From contig OX597815.1 in the NCBI GenBank assembly GCA_951406725.2, positions 106,950,001-107,014,000 on the forward strand: a DNA stretch of 64,000 nt. Reading direction: 5' to 3'. The notes below the pieces were generated by a model, which was given only the letters and a program-made list of their open reading frames with translations, made no database searches and was not told where the DNA came from. A program made the position numbers and the translations under genes. The stretch's first letter is position 1. Each line of letters starts with the position of its first letter. The stretch comes from Octopus vulgaris (taxonomy: Eukaryota). Positions 12,678 to 27,489 of this stretch are shown in pieces.

Positions 12678-14436
12678 CTAGCAGAGATACCCGGCATTGC
12701 CCGTGTTACATGCAGCTGAAGAATTAGACTTTCCTGTTATATTTTCTGTAATGAACTGGAATACCTATGATTCAAATTTCATCAAAATTGCAGATGAGGG
12801 TTCTTTCCCTCTTTACACACCCTAAAAAATTGTAATCATGACACATGTATTCCATACTACTGATTTTTATGCGCAGATTCCAAAATTCCAGTCTTATAGA
12901 ACCTGTTAAAAAGATTTTGCTCCTGAAAAATGGAGGTCATGGAACTCTAAAATGTGTAAGTTAAGGCCCCTATTGGGGGTGAGAGTCTTAATGTCAACCA
13001 GAGAAGTTGAATTCTTGAGAATGTTTTTAACTTGGGTCTTATATCTATTGTTTGAATTTCTTTGAAATAGGAAATATATGTATGTTCACTGGGTTTGTAA
13101 AAGAGAGCAAAGCTACAGGAAATGATCATAATAAGCAGTCAGCTACCGTACCCAAGTCATAACCTCTCCCAATGTAGGATTCTTCACCATACAGGTGACA
13201 GGCACTGCCGTAAGATGCATTATGGATCTATAGCAATTGTTAGAGCGTGACCCAACTGAAATAAGCATTAACAACTGTGTAACGTGAGGGCCAAAGAGAA
13301 ATGAAAGTGTCACGTTTGGAGTTTGCCAATGATCACTATGCTGATACGTAACTGGGCAGAATAAATTTACAATCTATAAATGTCTTTGAATAACCAGTCA
13401 CCCATCTGGGAAGGCCTTGAAATGAATGTTACCATCTGGGGACTATGTGTGACCCAGTGATAATAAAAAGACTCAAAGGAGGTCGGCAACCAAATAACTT
13501 TACTCAACACTTTGCAACTTAATTAGTGGAGGCAAAGATGTCTCTCATTTACTTGACAATTTATGCACCACATTGTAGACAATTCTTGAAAAGGGACATT
13601 TTGCCCCCCTTGGAGTGACCAGATGTGTTTGCCATTTCTAAAAGCCATGAATCATTTACTATTGAAAGACTGACCAGCTGCAAAGATATCAACAATTTTT
13701 TTCTTCTTTCTCTCCTTCTTCTTCCTTTCCTTCTCTTTTTCTTTAACCATCCTTTCAGATACAAAAACACACACACACACATACACTCTCTCTCTCTCTC
13801 ACTTTCTCCCCATTCATCACCCTCTTGTACTATCTTATATCTTTCCCCATCCCTACACGCTCAATAATACTGTAAAAAGAGACAAAATTCCTGCAAAAGT
13901 TCAATTTGACAACTCCACTAGAGTGGACGAAAGCGCTAATATATGATATATTATTTATAAAAACATAACATACTAATAAATATCTGTAAATATAAAACCA
14001 TCCACATTTCTGAGTACTTCATTTCTTCTAATATATAAATATATATATATATACATAATATATATATTATGTATGTATGTATGTATGTATGTATGTATGT
14101 ATGTATGTATGTATGTATGTATATATGTGAGATAATAGTTTGACTTTAATAGTTTCAATATCAAGTTGAAACTATTAAAGTGAAAGCTTCTGACATTACA
14201 GCAGAGACATGTTTTTGTTTCACTTTTGATACGTAATACTGAAATAGTGGAGAAGACATGATATTGCTGTGGGCTCGCCCTAGGCAAGAAGTTAAAAGAT
14301 TTTTTGTCCATGACACTACATGGACCCTAAGTAAGGCATGTACAAAATTTGAATAAATTGGTTGTGTAGTTCTCAAGTTTTAGGAATTCACACAGAGACA
14401 CAGACAAACACACATTCTCATCTTTATATATATAGA
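12678..14436 (-). mobile_element. Helitron-like element with decayed helicase remnant
   Basis: Minus-strand 5' a|TCTATATATATAAA at 14436 and 3' hairpin cgggcaatgccggg + CTAG|t at 12678; faint Pif1-like similarity at 13150-13690. That the two ends belong to one element is inferred. Confidence 0.5.
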
Positions 14437-14518
14437 TATATGTGTGTGTGTGTGTATTTGTGTGTGTGTGTGCGTGTGGCTTTAAAAAACGATAAGCTAC
14501 GCCAACCACCACTCATCT

Positions 14519-15000
14519 TTCCGACACGTAGACAAGAAGAAAACTAGTAAGCTAACTAGTCATATCTGGGACCTGAAAGCCAAAATTACCTACCACTCCA
14601 TCAAGTGGAGCATCGTGGATGCTTGACCATACATTAAAGGTTCAAGGAGGTGCAGCCTTTGATTAGGCGAAAGATTTCATACCCTTTTTAGATATAAAGA
14701 ACTCATCCGACTTACTGAGCTCGAGATCGGAGATAACTGGAGGATACCACCATCTCTAGATAAGGCATACAATCTTAAAAACTTAGCCTTTCTTCGTCGG
14801 ATAAACCCCATTAACCGTTGTTGAATCTGTTCCTGACGGATTAAAGGATCCCAACTCATAACTTCGTTCCCTCCAAGCTTTCCTTTCCTCGTTTCTTTCC
14901 CTACGTTCTCTCTCGATTTTTCTCAGAGAGCAATCATATTTTCTGAGCCTGAAAAATTGCAGGATAGTACACGGCGCGGTATACAATTTTATTCGTGTAC
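14519..15000 (+). mobile_element. Penelope-like (Naiad-type) GIY-YIG C-terminal fragment
   Basis: RHVDKKKTSKLTSHIWDLK..SIKWSIVDA*PYIKGSRRCSL*LGE, colinear with the ORF at 47318-47713. Confidence 0.7.
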
Positions 15001-15286
15001 TGTACTATCCGAGTATGAAATTTATAGTAATTCATATTTAATGTTTTGTCTATTACATATAGATATAAACACTGTAGTTTGGAGCTCTGCAATAGGTGTC
15101 CCAAGTGCATTTAGATGCACAACCACAACAGATTATCAATGAAGACATTATTGCATCATGTTACAAATAACTGTATATATTTATATATTTCAAATAAAAT
15201 ATTTCACAGTTATTCCTAACGTTCGCCACAGGTAGATTCTAAACAGTTTGGCGAAGCTTCGAATTAATTGTCAAACTTATCATATA

Positions 15287-15543
15287 ATTGGGTTGGTGCA
15301 TAATTATTGCGGCTTTTTTTTCAACAAATTTTATTCAATAAAAACAATAACAATATTTAACTAACAAAAACATCTTTAAATGACGGTCTGACCGTCTGCC
15401 AAGCAAATGGGAAGCAGTAATTGAAGTAGATGGTGGATATGCTCCGGAATAATCATTTAAATATGTTTTTGTTACATGTTGTTATTGTTTTTGTTGAATA
15501 AAATTTGTTGAAAAAAACCACAATAATTATGCACCAACCCAAT
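15287..15543 (+). mobile_element. Mariner-derived MITE / deletion derivative
   Basis: About 65-bp TIRs (attgggttggtgcataattattg...); internal RLPSKWEAVIEVDGGY resembles a mariner transposase C-terminus. Confidence 0.85.
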
Positions 15544-16261
15544 ATATTTGTCCTCGCAGCTTGTATGGTGTGCTTTGTTCAATTCAGTTTTGTTATTTTT
15601 ATATAATTAAGAACACACACATATATTACTATGTATGCATAAATATAGGTATGTCAGTACACACTGAGACATACGTACATAAATACATATACGCTTGTGC
15701 ACACACTCTTTCACTCATATACACATATGCACTCACATGTAGACATAAACAATATGTAGTATGTCAATAACAGAATGAATTAATTTCCTGTAGTGACTTT
15801 CAATGCCTCAAATCATGTGTGTGCTCACATATATGATATACTTATCCAAGTGTCTCTTTGTCTTGAATCTATTTATTTTAATCTCCCATTTTTATCAAAT
15901 CATGTATCTACACACCTACCTTTAAATCTTACCTCTGTATTTCTCTGTGTCTATCTATCTATCTTCGCAGATTTCTACATACGTACATATCTCTTTGTTC
16001 GTCTATCATTCTACATTTATGATCATATACACCCATAGTCAAGTACACTTAGACACATGCGAACACACGCGTACTCACATAAATGCATACTCATACACGT
16101 ACACATGTAAATGCATATACGTACGCGCTCATTGGGCACGCACACATAGAGATATATCCATTTATTGACGCACACTCTGTCTCTTTTGGCCATTTACCTC
16201 AAAGGCACATACACACACACACACGTATGTATGCATCTCTCTCTCTCTCACTCTCTCTCTG

Positions 16262-16319
<58 letters not shown>

Positions 16320-16355
16320 TAAGAAAGTTGGTTTGTGAAAGCACGTGGGTGAATA

Positions 16356-16649
16356 TATAGAAAATAGTAAAGAGTGAAAAAACGACAGAAGGCTTAAATA
16401 TTAAAAAATATATATATTTGCGTCAATATGTCTGAAGAATATTAGAAAATTAAAAAAAAAATTTTTTTTTCCTCTTATAATGACATAATTTAAAAGAAAG
16501 ACCGGTTTCGCGTGTAGCTTTCTTTTAAATTATGTCATTATAAGAGGAAAAAATTTTTTTTTTTAATTTTCTTATATTCTTCAGACATATTGACGCAAAT
16601 ATATATATTTTTTAACATTTAAGCCTTCTGTCGTTTTTTCACTCTTTAC

Positions 16650-16660
<11 letters not shown>
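16356..16660. repeat. Near-perfect ~145-bp inverted repeat with 17-nt spacer (probable inverted Penelope pLTR stub)
   Basis: Arm 16356-16500 is the reverse complement of 16518-16660; spacer accggtttcgcgtgtag; (TA)n on both sides. Confidence 0.9.
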
Positions 16661-16719
<59 letters not shown>

Positions 16720-16724
<5 letters not shown>

Positions 16725-16942
16725 CGTTTTAGCCTTCAAATGACGCCACCTCGCTGGCTATGCGAGCAGGCCAACAGATGAAGGAGTGAAAGTTGTGGCG
16801 AAAGAGTACAGCAGGGATTGCCCTCCACCTCCCTGCCGGAGCCTCGTGGAGCTTTAGGTGTTTTCACTCAATAAACACTCGAAACCGAGATCCTACGACC
16901 GCGAGTCCGCTGCCCTAACCACTGGGCCATTGCGCCTCCACT
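16720..16942 (-). mobile_element. tRNA-derived SINE family C
   Basis: Head gtggaggcgcaatggcccagtggttagggcagcggactcgcgg; homologous to 27210-27430 and 61470-61800. Confidence 0.8.
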
Positions 16943-17754
16943 ATATATATATATATATATATATTATATTTCTCTCTCTCTCTATATATATATATATATA
17001 GACATACACACATTTGTATATATTTTCAGCATACATACATACTTACGTACATATATACATACATACATGCATATATGTTGTATACCACTTTGAATAAATA
17101 ACTGTCACGATAAAAACGTGTGTATTTCAAGTTTAACCATTTATCACACGCACATACACACACATTCACACACACACACACACGCGCGCGCGCACATATA
17201 TATAGACGGAGAGAGGGAGAAAAAGACAGAGGAAGAGAGGGAAAGAAACAAAAAGAGAGAGATTGAGCGAGATATAGTGGACGGTTGCAAGAGTGGTGGC
17301 AAGAGAAAGAGAGATATATGAAACTAAAGAAAAAACAAGAAGTTGATTAAACCTCGGTAAATATACTTTCTAACTTTGCAATTACTATCAGACATCTCTG
17401 ACAAGTTTGAAACTAATTACTAAGAAGCTTTTCATTTATCTCTGTCGTGTATGATACTATGTAATTTATCCATCGCAGTGAGATATTATATAGACTGGTT
17501 GCAATGCCCCCAATATCTTATCATTGGAGTCTATAATGATTATAGTAATAATTAGGAACAAGGCCATGCAATTTGGGGGTGGAGAGGTCAGTTTATTAAA
17601 TTGACTCTAGTGCTTAACTGGTACATATTTGGTTGACCGTAGCAAAAGGATTGAAAGAGACATTCAAGCTTCAGTGAAATTAAATTCAGAACAGAAATAA
17701 TAATTAAGCACTGAAAGTGCATTTCGTTCTAAGTTCAACGGTTTTTGACATTCG

Positions 17755-18741
<987 letters not shown>

Positions 18742-18749
18742 TTAATATT

Positions 18750-18940
18750 AATAATCCTTTCTAGTAGGGGCACAACGCATGCGATTTTGGGGGAAGGGAC
18801 TAGTCGATTACTTAATTTATCGACCTCGAAAAGATGAAGGCAAAGTCAACCTCGGCGGAATTTGAACTCAGAACGTAGTGACTGGCGAAATACCACTAAG
18901 CATTTCGTCCAGCGTGCTAACGATTTTGCCAGCTCGCCTA
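18750..18940 (-). mobile_element. tRNA-derived SINE family A
   Basis: ctcggcggaatttgaactcagaacgta core. Confidence 0.8.
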
Positions 18941-18951
18941 TTTATTTGATG

Positions 18952-18980
<29 letters not shown>

Positions 18981-18983
<3 letters not shown>

Positions 18984-19489
18984 TGATTGGAAGTGTTATC
19001 ATGTACATTGTTTTGTCTTGGTATAAAAGATGGGCTACAGCAAATATTCTGCTCAATACCACAGATTTGCTTGTCAGTTGTTTGACTTTAACCAGTTGAC
19101 CATGTCCCTTAGTGGCTGACGATACGTGCATCTCTGATCACGAGCAGAAGTAGTGGGGGAGCATCATAGCCATGTGTTGAGAGGGATTCTTTGGGGTTTG
19201 AATAATTCACCTCTGGAAACATGGGTGGTTCTTTCAACATCCTTAAACAACCCTTATTCGGGGACCTTTTGAGCGGGATGGGCTACTCAACCTGAAGAAA
19301 ATTCTAACTGGGCCCCACCTGCAAGGTCATGTGCTGTTTATCTTGATATGAGATCACCATGTCGCGCACATATGGTTGTGATGCATGTGTCTGGTGTACC
19401 CTTATCAGACGGGTAGTCATGATGGGTATATTGGGCTTCGTATATTTTACCCCAGTGTCACTTTGATGGCATGAACTGCTCTCTCACTC

Positions 19490-19490
<1 letters not shown>
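18981..19490 (+). mobile_element. ~520-bp non-coding element in (TAA)n, copy 1 (slightly 5'-truncated)
   Basis: Highly similar to 19938-20430 and 59728-60258; (AAT)n on both sides. Confidence 0.8.
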
Positions 19491-19552
<62 letters not shown>

Positions 19553-19554
<2 letters not shown>

Positions 19555-19860
19555 AGTCGAGAGATATGACAGGTTAGCTTGGGAAGTTAAGCAGTTGTGG
19601 TCGGTGAAAAATGTAGCAATAGTACCAATATATTTGTCGGAGCCCTGGGAACAGTGAGCAAAAATCTCGAGAAGTACGTGGAACAAATAGGGGCTGTAAT
19701 AAGGGTGGAGCACTTGCAGAAAACAACACTGCTTGGAACCGCTCGAATACTCTGGAAGGTACTCGAAAAATAAGAGGTGTTACCTTAGTTCACTGGTAGT
19801 GAACAACTGACACTGTAGTACATCTCCAGCGTTAGAAGCTGTGCAAAGGCAACAAGAAGA
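19553..19860 (+). mobile_element. R4/Dong-like retrotransposon 3' end in (TAA)n
   Basis: EVERYDRLAWEVKQLW..GALGTVSKNLEKY..LQKTTLLGTARILWKVLEK* plus a short 3' UTR; same family at 58820-59040. Confidence 0.85.
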
Positions 19861-19937
19861 ACAACAACAATAATGGAGCGAGACTTGGAGTCAACTTGTA
19901 CAAAGCAAAAGTCAAACATATAATAATATTAATAATG

Positions 19938-20430
19938 ATGCCCTGACTCTCGTGGCTTCTGATCTTAACTGATTGGAAGTGTTATCATGTACATTGTTTT
20001 GTCTTGGTATAAAAGATGGGCGACAGCAAATATTCTGCTCAATACTACAGATTTGCTTCTCAGCTGTTTGACCTTAACCAGTTAAGGATGTCTCTTAGGG
20101 GCTGACGATATGTGCATCTCTGATCATGAGCAGAAGTAGTAAGGGAACATCATAGCCATGTATTAAGAGGAATTCTTTGAGGTTTAAATAATTAATCTTT
20201 GGAAACGTGGGTGTTCGTTCAACATCCTTAAACAATCCTTATTCAGGGACCTTTTGAGCGGGATGGTCTACTTGATGAAAATTATAACTGAGCTCTACCT
20301 GCAAGGTCATGCACTGTTTATCTCGATATGAGGTCACCGTGTCGTGCACATATGGTTGTGATGCATGTGTCTGAGCTTCGTATGTTTGTACCCCAATGTC
20401 ACTTTAATGGAATGCACTGCTCTCTCACTC
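19938..20430 (+). mobile_element. ~520-bp non-coding element in (TAA)n, copy 2
   Basis: Starts atgccctga, ends ctctctcactc(aat)n. Confidence 0.8.
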
Positions 20431-21622
<1,192 letters not shown>

Positions 21623-21624
21623 AT

Positions 21625-22035
21625 ATACTCTTTTACTCTTTTACTTGTTTCAGTCATTTGACTGCGGCCATGCTGGAGCACCGCCTTTAATCGAGCAACT
21701 CGACCCCGAGACTTATTCTTTTGTAAGCCCAGTACTTATTCTATCGTTCTCTTTTGCCGAACCGCTAAGTAACGGGGACATAAACACACCAGCATCGGTT
21801 GTCAAGCAATGCTAGGGAGACAAACACAGACACACAGACACACACACGCATATATATATATACACATATACGACGGGCTTCTTTCAGTTTCCGTCTACCA
21901 AATCCACTCACAAGGCTTTGGTCGGCCTGAGGCTATAGTAGAAGACACTTGCCCAAGGTGCCACGCAGTGGGACTGGACCCGGAACCATGTGGTTGGTAA
22001 ACAAGCTACTTACCACACAGCCACTCCTGCGCCTG
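21625..22035 (-). mobile_element. tRNA-derived SINE family B, full length
   Basis: Near-identical to 5652-6070. Confidence 0.85.
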
Positions 22036-22218
22036 TATATTATATTTTTTGATGGTGAATGTAGAAATAGAGTATTTAATCTCACTTTATCATCCATTAT
22101 TATCCTGAATATACAGATTAGTGTATATTCTATTTGTTGATAAATATAGAAATAAAATATGTAATCTCGCTTTAATATTCTGAATTCCATTTACGTTGAT
22201 CAAAAGACACGGAAGAGT

Positions 22219-22441
22219 TTTGAAATAGCTGTCCCCCGAAGTCGTATACTTCACGAAGAGAAAAAGAGTGATTTTAACTCATTTCCATTTTATACAGCTG
22301 AAATTACGAAACTGAATTTCTAATTGTTTCTTTTGGGATTTTTTTTCAAAAAATTTCACTTTTCCACTTGCCCACGCACCCTTCTTCCGCATTCTTTTCA
22401 TTCCGGTGAGGTAGAGAATTTCTGGGGACAGCTATTCAAAA
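22219..22441. repeat. Short inverted repeat (MITE-like)
   Basis: aatagctgtcccc at ~22225 and its reverse complement ggggacagctatt at ~22424. Confidence 0.4.
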
Positions 22442-23019
22442 AATTCTGCCCCATACTCTAAGTAATATTGCGAGAATATGAGATTTGGGAAGTTATAAAT
22501 AACGTTTATAGATAAATACATGAATAAGTGGATGGTTTGATTGTTTTGTTCAATTGATTTAAATATAGATTGATGCATTTAACATAAATCTTTGATAAGT
22601 ACAGTAATTCATTAGGAAGTGGAAGAGTTACTTCACCTTTAGACCAAACACATAGGAGTCAACGAGAAAGCTCTTATGTGATCAATTGATCTACTAGCAA
22701 TAGCAGTGATATATATTGTTTGTACTGTCTTAAAAAGGAAATAGACATTAGGTAATATAAGTATCTTGTGATTAGAAAAAGAAAATATAAGACGATCACT
22801 GCAGGAGTGCCTTTGGACACAGGTCTGCTCGATCAGGACTAACCTGGGGTTAGAGAACAACAACAACAACAACAACAACAACACCTACATATACAAACAA
22901 GCAAATATAATGGAAAAAGAAAATGTCTTCAGAACGAAAGACAATGTTTATCCAATGTTGGCTAGCAGGTTTTCGGTGGAAGCGGGCGATAAATTTACAA
23001 TAAATAAATGAAGATGACA

Positions 23020-23020
23020 G

Positions 23021-23069
<49 letters not shown>

Positions 23070-23157
23070 GAAGAAGAAGAAGAAGAAGAAGAAGAAGAAG
23101 AAGAAGAAGAAGAAGAAGAAGAAGAAGAAGAAGAAGAAGAAGAAGAAGAAGAAGAAC
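23020..23157. repeat. (GAT)n(GAA)n microsatellite
   Basis: Directly visible, in intron 1 of the 4TM gene. Confidence 0.95.
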
Positions 23158-23223
23158 TATAGTGACAATAACAACCATAATATCTGCAATAATAAGTAAT
23201 GGTCTGTTGAACGGTGCACTTAC

Positions 23224-23323
23224 CGAAGAACGCTGCCAAAGAAGAAGTAATTCCAATGAACAAAGCATGGCATAAACGAACATCCTTCCTGAGATGTAAG
23301 GCCAAATTAGTTTGATCCGCCAT
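23224..23323 (-). CDS. CD20/MS4A-like four-transmembrane protein, exon 1 (start codon, TM1 start)
   Basis: Kozak-like aaaATGG, donor G|gtaagt; 100 nt, phase 1; MADQTNLALHLRKDVRLCHALFIGITSSLAAFF(G). The six exons sum to 636 nt = 211 aa + stop. Confidence 0.85.
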
Positions 23324-23459
23324 TTTGTTTCTTTTGATACACCTCCTCTTAATTACATGGAACTACTTTGGCTGACGTAAAGTGTTGTACAGCTGGATGA
23401 ACAAGAATGTTTTCTTGAGACAATTCTTGTTCAAGTACTCTTCTATAGATGTTTTTGTT

Positions 23460-23690
23460 ACTATTTAACCCTTGGTTAGTCCACAGCGAGCGAACCTATG
23501 ATGAACCGATGATCAAGGATGCACCAGTTGTACTCATCATCGTCATTTATTCACAGTGTATCTTGGGACGACATAATAGATTGTGTAGACGGTAAGTAGG
23601 TAGGTAGGTAGGTAGGGGGAGAGAGGGAGAGATATTTGGCTATTGTTTCTAGCAAGTCAAATGACCACTTAACGGACCTCTTGTTCTTGG
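23460..23690 (+). repeat. Unclassified ~200-bp interspersed repeat (also ~22650-22860, 24520-24695, 34530-34730, 60930-61125)
   Basis: Shared atgatcaaagac- and gctgctatttctagc-like motifs. Confidence 0.5.
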
Positions 23691-25436
23691 CAGTGCTGAT
23701 CTTGTTGTGTGTGTATGTGTGTGTGTTATGTAATTGTTATCTCTGCTCTGCAGTAATTATTGGTGTTGCTGTAATTGTAGTCACCGCTGTAGTTCTGGTC
23801 AAGGCTGCTGTTAATATTCTTTGTTCGTAACACCGTTACTGTACTTGTCTAACGTTTGAAGTATAATGTTAGTGCTTCTATAGTTGTGACAGGTGATGAT
23901 AAGATTTCTGCAGCTATTACTGTTCATCATTGTGCGTGTGTGCGTGGATGTGTGTGTATGTGTGTGAATGGGAGAGGGTTGTTATTCTTTTAAACTTTCT
24001 GACAATCTTTAATATGTGTTTGAGAGTTGCGCTTTTAATAGCTTTATCTATGAAACGAAACTGAAAACATCTTTAACATAACGGAAGAAATTCGAGTGTT
24101 ACGCATTTAAGAGCATTAACTATGGTACGAACTCAAATACATAATCGAGATCTTTAAAATAAAGATTTGTTAAAGCATTCTCATTTTAAGATTTTTAGTT
24201 AGCTTTTGTTTCATACATTATAATTATTATAAAGTTTTCCGTTTATCTGTCCCAAGTTACTCTGGTAGTTGAAAAAAAACTAGGAATGTGTATTATATAT
24301 GATGCATGAACGCTCGGAAGATAGTTCTGTGTATCACGTGATACACTGGGCTGACAAATGGTTAATGAAATGATGCTATAAAGCTTTACAAATTTATAGA
24401 ACAAAATAGGAATTTTCACAGGATCCAAAAGTTGATTTTAGTACTCTTAATGTATTTATGTGATATCAAGTTGTTGTTGTTGTTATTTTGCAGTCGTTGT
24501 TATTGTTATTGTTGTTGCTGTTGTTTACCTTCATGTCTACACTGATTCAACAGACTATTGATCAAAGATGTTTCAGACTCGACCAGTCCGTCCAAAACGG
24601 CCTTTTCTTTTTTGCCTTAAGTGTAATTTGAGATTCGGCTGCTGTTTCTAGTAGGGTAAGTGGTTGCACGGACGGAGGATCCCTCGCTGGTTGTTGATAT
24701 GTATGATATAATGTAAGTTTAGCTAATGTCATCGTTGGTACTATGTCAGTGTTGTTGAGGAGGCGGGAGTTATTAAAGAAACATTACTATAAAGAAAAGT
24801 AAGGAGAAATATGGTATTAGAAGAGAAAGACAAAGAGAAGGAAGAAAGTAAAAGGAAAGAAGAAAGAAAGAATCCGTGGGTTGTAGAGTATATTTAATTC
24901 CAGATTTATGGACAGGAATTAAAATTTTATACACCCATAAACACATTCATATTTACCTGTAGGTGTTTGTGTGTTTTTGTTTATGGTTGTGAATGTTATG
25001 TTTTCTTGTCTATAAGCGTTTATATGCATGTGCTTAAATATGTGAGTAAATACGCGAGAGTATGAGAGTGTGTTTGTGTGTGTGTGTGCGCGTAATGTCT
25101 GTGTGAGTCCTTGTGAGGGGAAAAGAGGGCGAGAGAGATAGACGAATAGATAAACTGTTGAATGCAATTAAGTTTGTCACATGGAAAAAATTGAAACGAA
25201 ATTATCTGATAAAACTAAAACACGATGTCATATTCAATTTCTTTTTACCTTTTTCGTTTCTTTTCTCTCTGCCTTATTTATTTATTTATTAATAAGTGAC
25301 GATATCTGACTGAAACAAACCAAACGGTGAACATACATACATACATACATACATGCATACATACATACATACATACATACATACATACATACATACATAC
25401 ATACATACATACATGCATACATACATAACATGCATG

Positions 25437-25481
<45 letters not shown>

Positions 25482-25494
25482 TATATATATATCG

Positions 25495-26830
25495 TCTCAG
25501 AATCCCGTAAGTCAGAAAAACTATGCACTCGTGTATTTCTCAGTAGAGTCGGTATATTAATCGAAGTGTACAGTATTATATAGCCATTACAACCGATTTT
25601 ACCAATCGGTTTCGCTCTCGGGGCTCAACGGTGTGTTAGGTAATAGTCCGATTAAATAACCCTACACTCTTCAGAGATGGCAGTTATATAACGAAATATG
25701 GCGACTACTCTCCTTTGTTGGATGTGAAAAAACACACCCGGTTTGTGGTTGCTGTGAAAATGACGACGAAACGAACTGAGTAAGGGTTAGATTAAGAGTT
25801 ATGTCCCGTGACACCAAAATACCATCTTTGGGGATGTGGCAAGACGACAAGAGTTTCCTGGGGAAATATGTATGGGAAATGTATATATGTTTTAGAGTTA
25901 GTGTTCTTGTAGAATTGAAATGTGTGCAGTGATACTATATGTGTAGCGTTTCTCGTTGTCATGGTGGTGGTGGGGTGGGGGGTTGTGCGGGTGTCCAAAG
26001 GCCTGATAAGCATCTGCATGCTCGTTTGTGTTTTTTATGTTTTGGTTAAATTCTTTGGAACATTTATATAGGTATGGAGTGTTTTTAGGGGTACAATATG
26101 TGTGTGGATTTATATTGGGAGGTGGGGTGGAAAGTGTCTACTGGGTTGATGTCCGCCGTGTTAGTGCATGTGTATATATGTGTGTGTGAGAGAGAGATGG
26201 AGAGAGTGCGTTTGTGCATGTTCTCGTCAAACTCTTTACCGGATTCCCAGATATTGGTGGTGGGAGGGCCGAAGGTGGGAGACTGGTGGTTATAGTCACA
26301 GGTATGATTGGATGTATTTCCTTTCGAGTGGGCAAGGATTCAAAATTTCACTTCTGCTGTTCAGATAGATGCCATAGGTGCTGAGATTTCTTTAATATAG
26401 CTCTTCTCTCAATCAGGCATTGTCTGCATTTCCTGATGCTATTGAAGTAAGCTTTACATTTCTCTAGCTTCCACTTTATGCTGTGTTCCGTGGCGCTTTC
26501 TTTCAACGGCCATACGTGCTTGGTCAGAGTAAGATGTTTCGTCTTTCCGGGATGTTGAAGGAGGTATTGTGGTTATTATATCGAGTTCTGAAGAAGCCTT
26601 TACTTGCTCCCATATAGTTTCGCATGTTTGGTTGTCCGTTACTGTTACCTCTGCCTCATGTACAATGGTTTCCGTATTACAATGACTGTTCAGTGGACAT
26701 GCTGTATTACCCATACATAAGCATCCTGCCTCTGTCTCAGGTGTAGGCCTACCTACTAATACCTTTTTTACACTGGGTTCACAACTAAAGGAAACCGTCA
26801 AGGTGTGCCTATTAAACAAATAACATCGCT
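25495..26830 (-). mobile_element. Penelope-like (Naiad-type) element 3' part: Zn-linker, GIY-YIG and pLTR
   Basis: VSFSC..CLCMGNTACPLNSHCNTETIVHEAEV, then frameshifted YMG..RYNNHNTSF, CRQCLIE and LNSRSEI; hammerhead-like ccgttgagc..gcgaaaccg near 25607-25632. Confidence 0.75.
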
Positions 26831-27209
26831 TGTATGATAGAGACATTTGTTTACAGTCATCACGTGATGCCAAGACGCGGGTGCACAGACACACACACAG
26901 ACGAGCGCGCGCATACAGTCATCGTTTTCAGTTTCCGCCTACCAAATCAACTTACAAGGACCCGAGCTATACTACAAAGCACTTACCCAAGATGCTGTAT
27001 AGTGGAACTGAACCCGAAACCACGTGTTTAGGAAGGAAATTTTTTTATCCTCCCCTGCGCCTAAGCCACGCTTGCGCCTTGCCACACCTACCTTTTTATA
27101 TATGTCTGTGAATGTACTTCGTATTTGTTAAATCTTGTTCTTTTTCTTATTTTTTGTTGCCTTGTGATGAATTCTTTTTCTTTTACCTCAGTTGTTGTTT
27201 GTTCCTTCT

Positions 27210-27430
27210 CGAGCCATGCTTGGCTCATAAGGGCCAGTTTCCCAGTTTCATTGGACGAGACGCCAGTGTGTCGCAGGTGAGATGCTAGATGCAGGAGGAA
27301 AGAGTGAGAGAAAGTTGTGGCGAAAGTAAGCAGAAGTTCGCCATTACCTTCTGCCGGAGCCGCGTGGAGCTTAGGTATTTCGCTCATAAACACACATATC
27401 GCCCGGTCTGAGATTCGAACCCGCGAACTG
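27210..27430 (-). mobile_element. tRNA-derived SINE family C-related
   Basis: Shares gagaaagttgtggcgaaag and ggagcttagg motifs with 16720-16942. Confidence 0.7.
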
Positions 27431-27489
27431 TGGGTAGTAGATTCGATAATCTACTACGCAAAAAGAACTGAAGTATTTAGTTATGTCCC

